NCBI GenBank assembly: GCA_038496445.1
Contig: JALMLS010000487.1
Location: 62,001 to 126,000 of the forward strand
From: Trichosphaerium sp. ATCC 40318
Taxonomy: Eukaryota; Protista; Tubulinea
Length of the DNA: 64,000 nt
Reading direction: 5' to 3'
Within the stretch, counting starts at the first letter, position 1. Each line of letters starts with the position of its first letter. The translations under genes and the position numbers were made by a program. Below are positions 37,231 to 50,692 of the stretch, piece by piece. The notes beneath the pieces are model-generated. The model was not told the DNA's origin and made no database searches. It was given only the letters and a program-made list of their open reading frames with translations.

Positions 37231-40200
37231 CTACCATATCTTTTTCAGCCATGTGATAATATCTGTTATTTGATTTTTCTGAAGCCTGCTATAATCGTTT
37301 GGAGTCATTACTGTGAAATTTCCATCTGCATTCAATTTATGCCAAGCTAAAAGCAATCTTGTAAGCAAGAGCAAGTTAAGTTAAATCGAGGATTTACCTT
37401 CTTGAGCCACTTTTGTAATATCCAATACATCAGTAACATTTGCGCCTATGTCATTCATAGGCGCATATACAAGTGTAGATATAGGAGCTATCATTTCTAG
37501 AACATCATCAAAGTCATACGGTATGGCCTAAACGTTATATTAGAACGGTATGGTTGAAGATGTTATGTACTTTTTGATTGTCCTTGTAGAATCCTAAACG
37601 AGGCATCATAGCATACCAAGACCATAGACGTTCTATGCCTCCTGTAGATTCATATGAATCTGTACGAAGTGGAGCAAACCCAGCTATAGACCCAACAGCA
37701 TTTATACGTTTATCAAAAGCTGCCGAATACAAGCATACTACAAAAAAAATCAACAAAACGAAATTCTTGTGGAGTTTCCGTAGCTCTCAAGTTGAGAGTA
37801 CCAAAAACTTTGACAGCTTGCTGGCAAACATCAAATACATGCATTGCTTACAAGAATGAGAAAAAGTTATTTCCAGGCAGGAAAGCCTTTGGCATTGACG
37901 GTTTTCTCATTTTTTTACTGTTTACTTTTTTTGTATTCTGTTAAAAAAAGCGTACTTGAACCACCTACATCGTAACCAATACAAGAAACCTTAGAAGTAT
38001 CTACAACTGGTCTCACTATAGGATCAAAACCTATTGAAACATCGAGTGTCAACCGGTATGTATAGGGGTTTGTTAAAATACTAACCTCCTTTTGGAAAAT
38101 ATCCGTTTCCTTTGTGTATAAAGTCTAGAGCTTGAATAACATCAAATACACCTCTACCCATTTTACTAAAATTAGGGAACCTTTTATAAAACTTTTTATC
38201 CTGAAGCAATCGCACACCATATCCAACTAAACATACAATTAAAAAAAGTTGTAATATAAAATCACACCAAGTGGAAGATCAACATGAGAAAGTAACGAAG
38301 AAAGAGAAAAAATACTGAAATTTCAATACTTGCGTTGATCAAAGGTGAAAACAAAGTATCCTTGCTGAGCCAGTTGTACGTATATAGGGGATATACGCTC
38401 AGCATTTATGCCATAGTCTTGAACAAATCCATCAAAATAAGAATGAGGATGAGCAAATATAACAGCTGGCATAGGTGTTTGAACTCCTTTTTTAAAGTAT
38501 ATGTGACCCGTTAAATAGTTCCCAAAGTTAACACCAACGCGCTCAACATCTATTATAACAAATTAAGTAATGCCACAACGAGACTGTCATCAAAAACGTT
38601 AACAGTGTATTGTTTTAAGAAGTTGTAACAGAATATGTTCTGATTTTCTAGTTGTTCTGTACCTGAAGAAACTCCACTGTCTCTGCGTAGCAAAGAAGTT
38701 ACATAAGGCCATTCAGCAGTATACGTTCCACCTGGTGTCAGTCCTTGGAAATACATTAACACGTGGTTCTGTGTAAATTTCAAAAAAACCAGTCGAAGGT
38801 GCTGTACCCATTGGAGGTTCCTTGCCCAAGAACCATTGTATTATTTCTTTTTTAGATGATCCTGAAGGAGGTTTGGTTTCTTTTTGAGTCTTACTCCATG
38901 TTGGCCAGTCAAAGCTAAATCAGATTTATAAGCAGGTCGACATCTATAAACTAAATTACTGATGTAGAAGTATTTCAGGGAAATCGTCTATTGTAATCAA
39001 CGGATTACGCTTGAACGCCAAGTCAAACCAGTCTATTGTATGATTAGAGTATTGTCTTATCAAAGAAATAAATACCAATATAATCATCAGCATCTATAAA
39101 CCCATGGTGATCACCTAAGACGGCAAAGATATCAATAAATAAATTGGTTTAATACAGTGGGGGATTTTGTGTACCACGACGCCACAATATACGTAAATTG
39201 TCTTCAGCGTTCTGGAATCTATAAGCATTTTGACCGGATAAATAGTTTTTTTCTACTGCGAACGTAGTATCGCCTAAAGGAACCGAGTATTAAAGAATAC
39301 TGTTTTCCTAGGAAAATTCTGTAAGTACCTTCATGATCATTATAAGCATCTGCTAGCAAACAATGACGTGGTGAAATTAATCCAAGCCATCCATTCGCAT
39401 CAATAGGTAACTACAATCTTCTATTAATTTTGGAACACACGGAAATCACGTGTTATTTGTTTGTCCGTTCAAGTCAAGTTACGCAGCCCATTATTTTGCT
39501 AGTTGTTTTGTTCGTTAAAGTGCTCCAATGCATACTGCAACGCAAATAAAGTGCTGAAGAACAAGAAAATGGCAAAATAACGGGTTGACTAACTTGGCTG
39601 AAACAGACAATACACTAAGTTATATCACGTGTGTTTTCACTAAAGTAGTACCTCATTTTCTCGTCCTGTAAAGTCACGTAGAGATTCAAGAAACCAATGA
39701 TCTAGGAAGTCTGATGGCGCCTTTTTTCATGAAAGAAACTAAGAACGGTTTCTATTACTGCTATTTTGAGTACCTCAGAAAAATGTGTCCTTCCGGAAAA
39801 TCTATACGCTGAGCTTGCTGGTACGCCAGCACTGCTTGAAACTACTGCAGTGATCCCTTTTAAATCTTTAGTACGAAAAGTACTTTAATTTTGTAAACAT
39901 ACTTTCGTCGAGAGCGGTAGCAATGACGGACTGCTTTCCGTTTCTAGAGTGACCTACCGATATCAAACAAGGTTTCGTAACAATGTATAATACCTGTTAT
40001 GCCAACACTGGTTTTATCCGTTTGAGGTAACGTAAGTATGTAATCTAGAGCACGCATACCTAGCCATGCACGGCGAGATATCGTTCCCCAAGTAGCTAAA
40101 GGATAAGCTAGAATTGTTAACCAGTGTTCGTCCAACAAGTTGTTTAACACCTTTTTGGAAAACGTCAGTTTGATCATCATTGTCAGCTCCTGGATATACA

Positions 40201-40807
40201 ACGCCAATATAACCTCTAGAAAAGGCGACAAGAGCCCAACGCCTTTATGAATACATAAGACTTAAATAAAATAACAAAGTCACAAGGGTACCTATGCGTT
40301 GTTTGTGTCATGAACACTGGGAAAGGTCCATCTCCATCTGGCATCATTACCTACTTTTTTTTTAGACTTATTCCATCGCTTAGCGGCACGTGTACCTCCA
40401 TTGTGAAACTAGCATTATTATGCGTGTCAAAAGAGAGCTGAATTGTTTTTGACGTTCCTCCACGAAACGGTATAGACGAAATAGTAGCGACAGAAGTGAT
40501 TTTAGGTACTTCATTAGGAAACGTGCCAATAAAATTCGCTATGAACAGGTTTCTTATTTCTGCTTTCCTAGCTACCCTAGATGCCTTGTAAGCTTATAAT
40601 AGGTTTTCACTGTACCATTGGGCGGTCGTTTTAACGGATGTACCGTTAACGAACTGTAACAAAGGAGGTAAACGAGCTGTAGGCGCGAAGGAAGCTACCA
40701 AAACAGTATATTAGTAAGCGCCTTGTTATTTGTCCTATACCGCTTGAAAGACACGTTAAACATGATAGTAATATCAGTAAAATAACGGTTACAGCGTGAA
40801 CTGGCAT
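37231..40807 (-). CDS. Secreted two-domain alpha/beta hydrolase (CE15 glucuronoyl-esterase-like domain + second hydrolase domain)
   Basis: Signal peptide; WGTISRRAW, GHSRNGK (CE15 signature), LPID, ISPR; the second domain has GYDVGG at the nucleophile elbow. Confidence 0.8.
39465..39610. mobile_element. Intronic fold-back element (MITE-like)
   Basis: Imperfect ~40-bp inverted arms GTCAAGTTACGCAGCCCATTATTTTGCTAGTTGTTTTGTTC / GAACAAGAAAATGGCAAAATAACGGGTTGACTAACTTGGC in an unusually long intron, with ATCACGTG on both sides. Confidence 0.55.
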
Positions 40808-41434
40808 TAGTTCCCTATTGAGTGATAATTCAAAGTAAGTCACGTGTTTGTCCGTGACTGTATTTATTCTGTAGACAGTACATAAAACAAACGTTGTACT
40901 ATTGATATTTGCTATGGCCTTCACCAAGCGCCGCGATTGAGTGTTACTTTTTACCATAGGCAATCAAGAACTTGGGATGTAATGAAGCCAATACTTAGTG
41001 AGTTATAGTCTTCTGAGACTCAAAGAAAACTGGCTGTCCAAATGTTTAAAATACGTAAGGATCAACCTTTTGAAGTAGAGCAACTTCAAAGAAAAGCCAA
41101 GTCGCTCACAACAAATATACGAGAATGGATCTCTAAAAGAACAGCAAACAGCCACAATAAAGAATTCAATCGCTTAAGAATACCCTTAGAAGACCTTGAA
41201 GAATGCACTTGCAGAGGATACTTTCTTGCTACTGTAAAGGGGCTACACTTATTGCAATCAAGGCACCGGAAATACACGCGCATACAGTTGAATAAATAGC
41301 TTTACTACAACAGTAAAAGAAGTTGATGACACTTCGTCTTAAATAGATTGGTCGGGGTTAAGCCATCATAGCGCAGCACGTGATTCTGTGCGCGTAACAA
41401 GTCTCCTATTCTATTCCTTAGCATATAACACAAC

Positions 41435-44400
41435 ATGTATTATCACAGCATAGCGTTCATTGTATTCTTTGGGGCAATTATTTTTGTCATGCCGATTAAA
41501 GCCTTACGCAATGGGAACATTGTAGTTGCTACAAGCGTATCAGAAAATAGCTTAATCCCTTCACGTGTACGATAAAAACCCAATCCACTCCATTTACCTT
41601 ATAAACTATCTATTACGCCCCTAAACGGGCTCTAAACAGCCCAAACCAAAACCGGAGTTCCTGACACCGTGCTATTTTATTTTTTTTTGGATTCTTCTTT
41701 TGATTGTTCTCACGTGATCTTTAGAGCGCGTTTGCGACACGTCATTTGGAAGGACTACAATTTTGGGCTCAATGGGCAAATAAAAATGGAGGTGTTAATG
41801 TTAGCGGTATAAACTACAAAGTACGTAAGACGGTAATTAAATTTTCGACGAGTCACCACTCAACTTTGGTTTAGTACAAAAAAATTGTCTATACGTCATT
41901 AACTTCTTAGCCATAGTTTGAAATATATTCTAAAGAAGACAATGACAATCTAGATTTTGTGTTACAGAACTATAACGAATTTGTTAATGACAATGAAGTA
42001 GATTTCTTAATGGGTGAGTTTTTTTGTAAAAATGATAAATTTTGTGTTCTTATACTACTATTCAAGCTCCCTTTGGATCTGGATATAGCGTTCCTGTATC
42101 AAACGAAATTACAGAACCAAGAAAAAGACTACTCGTTGGTTTGTCAACATCAGCAACTGAGTTCTATCTAAACAAGACTTATTCATATTCAGTATCACCC
42201 TCGTTAATCACGTAGGCAACAATCACTTGTTTACTTTTGCCTTAAATCACGTGTTCTTCTTTATTTGTTATTAAAATACAGCTAGGGGATTTGCTATTGC
42301 TGTTCGTTTCTATAGATCTCATGGGTTTAAGAGTGTAACAGAGATCGTTTTTGATGACTTTGGTGGTAACAATGTCTGTGGCGGTTTCAAACAAATAGTA
42401 CACATTTTCGCTCTGTTAAGTTTCTTTAACTATTATATAAGGCTGAAGAGAATGGTATTGCGTATAAAAAAGAAATTTTTGCAGCGAAGTATGTGCAAGA
42501 CGAAGGCGAGGCAAAAAATGCCGCTGAAAGAAATTGGACAAACATTGTTGATGCAAGTATTGATTGTCTTTTATGATCCTTCTTCCTCCCTTAACATTTT
42601 TATAGGAAATTATTAACATCAATGCTGATGGTTTGGTTGTATGTGCTTTGCCACCTCAGTATGGATTACAGTACGTCCAGAACAGATTGTTCAAACGTTG
42701 AAGAAAAAACTAGGAAACTACTTTGTTCACTTTTTGTTGTAGATACATGATTGATGTTATGTACCAGCGGAACTGGCTTCCTAAGAGCTTAACTACATCT
42801 CCATTGAGTAATGAATGGGATATTTTTGATAAAAAGTACCGAGAGTTTATAACGGGATATGCCGTTCTCAGTGAAAAGTCACGATTTAAAGGAGATTTTT
42901 TTGGGAACACAACGCAGTTTAAACAAACTGTTACGGATAATTTTAACGTTACGGGCGGGATTGAAGATGGATTTGCTCTTTCTGTTGTTGGTGGCTTGGC
43001 ATTACAGACAGCTATAAACGTAAGTGAGCTCTACAAATAGCGAGAAATCAGCTTCTTTCGCAAGACAATAATAACGTGTTTTTTAGAACTCTCAAAGTTT
43101 GAATGATACGGATCTTGCTGAAGCGTTTCTTAGACTGAACATGAATACATTCTATGGAAGAGTACATACTCGACTTACTAAGCCAATATCGTTGACGTTT
43201 GTTTGTGTATAGATTCATTTTGATGTCAATCATGGTCAGCTTGTTGAAAACGTTTTAGTTCAGTTTGTCAATAACACAGCAAACGGTAAAAAAAACTCGA
43301 AAAAAGTTCATCCAATTGTGACTTTTTTGTTTAGTTGTCGGTCCATTGCTAAGCGCTACTTCGAATATTGTATTACCAATGCCCACGTGGGATGAAAGGA
43401 AATTATCCAATAAGTTTGGTACTCATCGGAATACTTGAGTTTTTTTGCTAAGCTTTTCATGTACCAAAGGTTCTTACATATCAGAATGGATTATATTTGT
43501 TGCTGTTGTGCTATGCATACTACAATCTCTACTTTTTGGATTCTACATATATCTGAACAGGAGGACACCTGTCATAATGGCTGCATGTAAGTCTAAAATA
43601 CACAACGAAATTAAGATTATTAACTCCTTTTTGTTAGCTAAACTCTTTTTGACTGGTATCGTAGTGGGAAGTATTCTCCTTTATGTGAGCGTGATTGTAT
43701 GGACTCCCAATAATAACGAGACTCTATTTTGTCATCTCCGCGTTTGGCTCATGAATATTGGATTAGGTATTCTCTATGGGTACAAGTTTGCTAAATTTTT
43801 TTTTCTTGAATAATTCTCATGTTAAAAATACAGCTGCTTGTTTGCAAAGACATGGAGGGTCTATAGAATATTCAAAGGTGCAGAAAGTTTAAAGATTGTG
43901 GTGATATCAAACTACTTAATTTTGGCATATGTGGGTATATTCACAGGAGGCCTTGTGGTAAACCATTTTCATCAAAAAGCAAATCAGTGAAATATATCAA
44001 ACTAACTCATTGGCTTCTTTAGGTGTTATGTATTGGTTATAGTGCATTTTTAGACGAATCACATATAGAAATAGTTGATACTTACAGACCATCAAAGAAT
44101 TATTTGGAGTGTACCAACACAACAACTTCTCTTGTTATTTTCGGCATACAACTAGCTCTCTGGGTATTTTTAGCCACAAAAATGCCATCATCATTCTCAC
44201 TTTGTGTATTAGGTTATGCTTTACGTATTTGGTGCTTTCGTAGGATGTCGTGTTCAGCGTGTACCATTAAAGATATTTAACGAATCAAAGGTACTGTAAA
44301 TGAACAAATCAAAAGACTTGGAGCTAAAGTCTTTTTCTCATTATTTTCCATTTTAGGTTTTAGGACTTGTTTCATACAACCTAGCGTTTTTCTTTTGCAC

Positions 44401-45091
44401 TGCAGCTATAGTACAAGTAACAGTTCGTGATCATAGTACAAGAGACACTCAGTTCATTATTCGGTCAATATGCGTTCTAATAATGGGTGGTACGTTAAAA
44501 CTAGGATAAAAATCACAAAACACACTGATTTCTTCAACATTTGTTTTGGTGAAAAAGAAACAAAAAAAAAAAGATAGTTTGATTACCTCCCATAAGCAGC
44601 ATTCACCAAATATTGCTTGTTTGCACCTATATTTCGCGGAATTCTGCGGCATGTATTTCAAAGAAATCCGTTCTTTTGACGGGCTTTTGTACAACATTTT
44701 ACAGAAAACAGCTCATTTTTAGTCAATCATGCCTCTAGTCAATTTCGCGAAAAGTAGTACAACCCCACCTTGAAAGTCTTTAGTATCAACATTAATGAAA
44801 AAACAAAATTAGTTCTTTGTTACAGTGCGTTTAAATCTCATGTATGTTTACTTTTTACTTTTAGCTGGCACTGTATCGTTACTATTCTATCACAAAGCAA
44901 AGCTTCTAGGAAAGAATAGAAAAGAAGCATTGGCTTCAATGCCTTCAATAACAGATCAACTAGAATCAAGTACAACTACAGTAGGAGTTCAGAAATATGA
45001 ACCACAAGAGACTGAACTTCAAAAACTACAAAAAGAAAATGAAAGGTTGGTGAAACGGTTAAAAGAGTTAGAACTAGACCTCGGAAATTAA
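41435..45091 (+). CDS. Class C (GABA-B/Grl-like) GPCR with N-terminal periplasmic-binding-type domain
   Basis: Signal peptide, NGGVNV PBP-like N-terminus, 7TM with CHLRVW, LFAKTWRVYRIF and FNESK, C-terminal coiled coil. Confidence 0.9.
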
Positions 45092-46538
45092 ATAGCTATC
45101 CTAAACGAAGACCCTTCTCTATATCTAACAAATGAATAGTACTCTACATTCTCAAGTTGATACTCCCTGTAATATTAAACACTGTAAGCTGTGGTTGTTC
45201 CAACTTTATTGATCAAACACAGCTCCAGTATAAGAACTAAACCCTCTGCTATTGTATCTATTTCTGCATGTTGAACAACAAACTGTTTAACTGTTTAACC
45301 GGTTTATGTCCGCTAAATGTGATTCATGTTTACTTCAACCTTACATAGCGATCGCCACTGACGGTCAATCAAAAAACTTCAGGATTTTGGTTCTGCATAT
45401 ACATGCCTCTGCTACTTTATATTACTATAACTTGCGATTTATTAAACCGCAGCCGACAAATAAAACTTTACATCATTACGAATTAGGTAACCACCAAAGA
45501 AACAATGAGATCAACAAGATTGATAATGACAGAAGTCGACATTTTACAAGTCAATAGCTTGTGGTGAACTTACATTCCCATTTTCCTCCTTCGGTGTAAG
45601 TTACATCTCCCTTTCTACCTCGAGTAAAGTCAAAGTAACATCCTGGGAAAGGCGTTACATCTGTCTTGACGTTAAAGATACTATGAGGTGATGATTTGGG
45701 TAATAAGGAGGGAACTGATAGTTACAGAGTCTTCACTGTTGGGTATATTATCGAGCATCTGCGTTATACTTGGTTGTGAGCGAGGTATTTACTTACTGGC
45801 TGAAACAGCAACGTAGTCTGGTACATCAAAAGGCTTAACGTTCCAAGAGAAGTTCAGTGGAAGCTGTTGAGAGAAAATTGGATAGGGCTTCGTTGGAGCA
45901 GTTTTTTTGAAGGTCACGTTTCTAAATACTTGAAACGTCGCAATGGCATGTTGCTCATTGTGTATACACAGTTCAAGAGGAGTTTGGAGGAGGGTCAATG
46001 TTAAATTCTGGCGTAGGTTGATCAATCCATGAATATTGTCAAAAAAAAGTAAAAAATTCGGCACTATTTATCCTATATTATGCCATAGGAACTATTTAGA
46101 AAGCCCTTTTTAGGGGTTTGGGGAAGCATAACCTAGCGGCAACTGAGCGCCATAGCCTAGTTATCTCCCTTTGTGGAGAACAGTTCAATATCACTTTGAC
46201 ATTTTTTCGCCTTTTTTTTTTGACATTTTAGAATCCCCATTCAAAAGCGAACAGTCACTGCGTACTGTTCGAAAAGATACATATTCGTTCGAAAAAACAA
46301 ACAATCCATTCCACCATTTTACGTTCTTTAGCAACGTTCTGCGAATGCTGTAGTCTGTAAATTATGGCCAAATTTCCTTCGAACGACTGTTCGAAACCAT
46401 TTTCTACTATCATTATTTCAACACCGTCGCAACGTATCAACTCAAATTAAGTAAGCTCCGCTTCGTATAAGTTCGTTAAGCTACCACGTGATTAAAACTC
46501 AAAGGCACAGCAAGCGGAACACGAAACTTAACGCGCTT

Positions 46539-49500
46539 ATGGAGAGTTGGCATAAATTGTTGCCTAAACGACGACTGTTTACTCACGTTAACAGTTTTTT
46601 CACTTATTTTTGCTTGTACGAAGCAGCAAATATTGTGTTACTCACTAAAAGCATAGGACAACTTAAAGTCGACAAACACCATGTGAGAAATAAACGGTAT
46701 GAACCATTTGTTAATACATTGTTGTGTAATACTACTACAGAAGAATTGCAACGCCTTCAAAGGCTTGTTAAAAAGTACAAGGCACTTAAAGAGTTCTGGA
46801 ATATCACAACAGGTAATGCATTTTATATCTTAGGCAGTATTGTTTATTTATTTTTAGTAAATAAACTAAAGAAAAAGCTACATAAACAAGAGACAGTTGA
46901 TAAAATTCTATTGTTATCAGGTTTGTGTTTCAAGGTTAGTGCACATATCAACCCAATCTAGTTCGGGCTGATTTGCCAAATATTCTGTCAATGTGTTTAC
47001 AGTCAAATGCAAATATCAATGCTGTAGATAAACATGGCCACACAGCTTTACATTATGCAGGTACAGCGTTGTAAACATACAATGTACTCACACTTCTTAG
47101 CACGGAATGGACACACAGATATTGTACAATTGTTGTTGAATGCTAATGCATATGTCAATACTGTAGACAAACGTGGCCGTACAGCTTTACATGAAGCAGG
47201 TGCAGTCTTGTAATTACACAATGTACTCACACTTCTCAGCATTTCATGGAAAAACAGATATTGTTAAATTTTTGTTGGATGCTAATGCAAATGTCAAAGT
47301 TGCAGATAGTGATAACCAGACAGCTTTACATGATGCAGGTATAGTGTTGTAAATATACAAAACTCACACTTCTTAGCATGGAATGGACACACAGATATTG
47401 TACAATTGTTGTTGAATGCTAATGCAAATATCAATACTGGAACTAATTATGGCAAGGCAGCTTTACATCATGCAGGTATAGTGTTGTAAATATACAATGT
47501 ACTCACACTTCTCAGCACGGCATGGACACACAGATACTGTACAATTGTTGTTGAATGCTGATGCAAATATCAATGTTGTAGATAAACACAGCAAGACAGC
47601 TTTACATTATGCAGGTACATCGTTGTAAATATACAATATACTCACACTTTAGCACAGCATGGAAACACAGCTATTGTACAATTGTTGTTGAATGCTAATG
47701 CAAATATCAATGTTTTAGATAAACATGGCAAGATAGCTTTACATTATGCAGGTATAGTGTTGTAAATATACAATGTACTCACACTTCTCAGCGTGTTATG
47801 GACAGACAGATATTCTACAATCGTTGTTGAATGCTAATGCAAATATCAATGCTGTAGATAACAATGGCAAGACAGCTTTACATGAAGCAGGTACAGTGTT
47901 GTAATATCAATCTACTCACACTTCTCAGCATGGCGTGGAAACACAGATGTTGTACAATTGTTGTTGAATGCTAATGTAAATGTTAATGCTGTAGATAAAC
48001 GTGGCGGCACAGCTTTATATTATGCAGGTACAGTCTTGTAATTACACAATGTACTCACACTTCTCAGCACGGGATAGGCATTTATATATCGTTAAATTGC
48101 TGATCAATGCAAATGCAAATATCAATGCTACAAATGATGTATATGCTGTGAACAAACAACAGTTTCAAAACATATTTAGAAAGGTGGTTGACAATGACCC
48201 TGCTTATACCAATGTGTTTGCACATCTTTTGGCACACTTTCCAAATGATCAAAAACAATGTCATGAACTTTGGCGAAACTCTGCATATACAGATAGATCC
48301 AAGTGGAGGTGCAATCTTGCAAACTGGTTACAATACTTGGTACACCTTTTCAATTGCAATGTTTACTAATCATACAAGCCTACACGCTCTTACTTCAAAC
48401 TTGCAATTCAAAAAGGTATTTGTGCATTGATTTGCACTTACAATCGCATATTTGTACAATCTTCGGTACAAACATTACTCACTAGTTTCAAACTGTTTTC
48501 AATTATTTATTGTTTTTACAAATAGAGCTTTTGGGTTAGCCAAGGAGAACTGATGGAAGGTATTTTGTTTGATTTACCAGATGACATGTGGAGTGAAAAA
48601 CAAAGTGGTACTGTCGCTGAAATGTGTGCAGAAGAAGGATGGTGTATAAACTCCATTCAACCTGACAAACAAAACAAAGGTACATGTCAAATGGCTTATT
48701 ATAACACTTGTTTACTTTTGTACAGCTTTTTTTCATGATTTCGTATGCAGCTATTGTCATAAACACAGGTTAATAAGTGGAAATACTGTACGTAAATATG
48801 CTACAAATTTGTTTAACTTGAGGAGGACTTTCATTCTGCTCTCAATTGTAAGAGTAACCTTTATACTATTCAACCTATCATTCCAAATACAAACTTAAGC
48901 AACACTACAGCAGGTACAAACATCTCTGTTGTTTTAATCATTTGACTTTGTCATCAAGGATTAAAAAGTGTGACAGCTTGGGGATTAAACCCACGATTGG
49001 ATTATGCACATAGCTGGGATAGATCCAAAAACAAGTTGAGTTTGTTCACCTTTATTGCCTTTAACTCTTTTGAAGAGGTTTTGTAGAAAAAGCAACACAC
49101 TACAGAACATTGGATCTTTTCAACAAGACTGACACTGTAGCCAACAGAGAATTAGCATTTCTCCAAGACAAATTGTCTAAAATGCATGGATATGATCAAG
49201 TCAAACTTGTATCAGCACAACTTGTTTGCAATGATGTACTACTTAGAAACTTTGGCATGTACAACACAATACTTAAACACAGGCACCAGTATGTCCGTAA
49301 CATTTTGATAGTATTGACTCTTTTTTTTTTTAGAGAACTACCCAAACTATTTTGTAAGGAAGATTGGCCACATGATGCTCGCACAAGTATTGCCAAGAAA
49401 TTTTCATCGTTGCCTGCCATTGAAAGTTCAACTAACAAAGAACAGGTACTTGTTCCAATACCATTCCTTACATAATCAATTGTTTAGCTACCTGTTGTGT

Positions 49501-50610
49501 TAATGGTGCATGGAACAACTGCTGATGCTGCTAAGAGTATTGTAAAAGCTGGGTTTGGAACTGTATGTTCATTGGATGCTGGATATTATGGACAAGGAAT
49601 CTACTTTACTGTACTACTACCTTCGATAAGTATTCTGTTTCTGATATTTTTCAATAGAGTAGTATCACATATGCTTGTTCTTATGACCGTGATTCAACTG
49701 AAAAAACACTTATTTTGAGTCTAGTCACGCCTGGCAACATATATCCAGTACTCATGCTGGTTCCGTACTTTATATTTAAGAAATACTAGGTAATAGAGAA
49801 ACCTGGAGACTTAAACAACCTTAAGGGAAAACCTATTAAACCAGGATACCAAAGCCACTATGCAGTGGTAAACAACTTAGGAAAAGCAGTAAAAAAAGAT
49901 ATTGATAAGTATCCATGTGATGAGTTGGTTGTGGCTCAAGGTAACATCTATGTACTGTAACGCTTGTGTTAACAATTGATTTAGATGTTCAAGCTGTTGC
50001 ACGTTATGTCATTAAGGTTGTAAAGAAACAAAAGAAACGGGTTCAGAAGAAAGGTAAAACAGCAAACAAGAAAAGTATCAATGAACAATTAGAAAAAAAA
50101 GGGATTTCAAAATCGGAAGATGTCAACAAGTCAGATGACTTGTTTGATGAGAAAGATGAATTTGATGAATTGTCTGAGGAGTGTTTCATAAGTGAACGGT
50201 ATGACATACCATAAAACATAACAGCATACTAATTTATTCAAAGAAAACTATGGGCGGCTGCCTATCCAAATCAACCAGAACAACCAAGTATGCAAGATAA
50301 GTTTGTAGCGTCCTTAAAAGAACAAGTTGAGAAGCTAAAACTAGAGAACGCAGCCATCCTTGTCAAATCAAATGCCATAAAAGAGAAGAATTCAAAGCTT
50401 GAGGAATCAAATACCAAATTGCAAGAGGTGAACTTGATGCTTCAAAAAACCAATGCCAACCATGAAGAAAACAACACCAAGCAACTCAACAGAATTGCTA
50501 AACTAGAGAAAAACAACTCTAAAATGGAAGAACTTAAACAAGCAAATTCAGCTCTAGAGGAAAGAATTGCCAAACTACTTGCTGAATTGCAAGTCTCAAG
50601 AGCAACATGA
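46539..50610 (+). CDS. Ankyrin-repeat / PARP-like ADP-ribosyltransferase / coiled-coil protein, copy 2
   Basis: 8 complete 99-nt ankyrin exons plus a partial one; ART motifs VHGTT, YYGQGIYFT and CDELVVAQ; coiled-coil tail; paralogue of 17202-21447; start uncertain. Confidence 0.85.
46962..48140 (+). repeat. Tandem exon+intron ankyrin array (~139-bp unit)
   Basis: 99-nt exons 46962-47060, 47101-47199, 47240-47338, 47377-47475, 47516-47614, 47653-47751, 47792-47890, 47929-48027; 38-40-nt near-identical introns GT..TGTAA..ACTCACACTT..AG. Confidence 0.92.
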
Positions 50611-50692
50611 GCTCAAATAATTGTTTCAAATAAATCGCATTGTTGTTAGTGAGCCTTGTAAAGTTATAGCTAGCATACCATGACAACCAACT

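Noticed and set aside
41042-41299. 85-aa ORF between the CE15-like gene and the GPCR
   Set aside because: No motif or splice support
45540-46160. Exon-like open segments on the minus strand
   Set aside because: Could not be joined into a consistent reading frame or assigned to a family
46962-48067. Regular repeat/variable-segment periodicity superficially like a CRISPR array
   Set aside because: The constant parts are GT-AG introns and the variable parts are 99-nt ankyrin-coding exons; the context is eukaryotic and no cas genes are present
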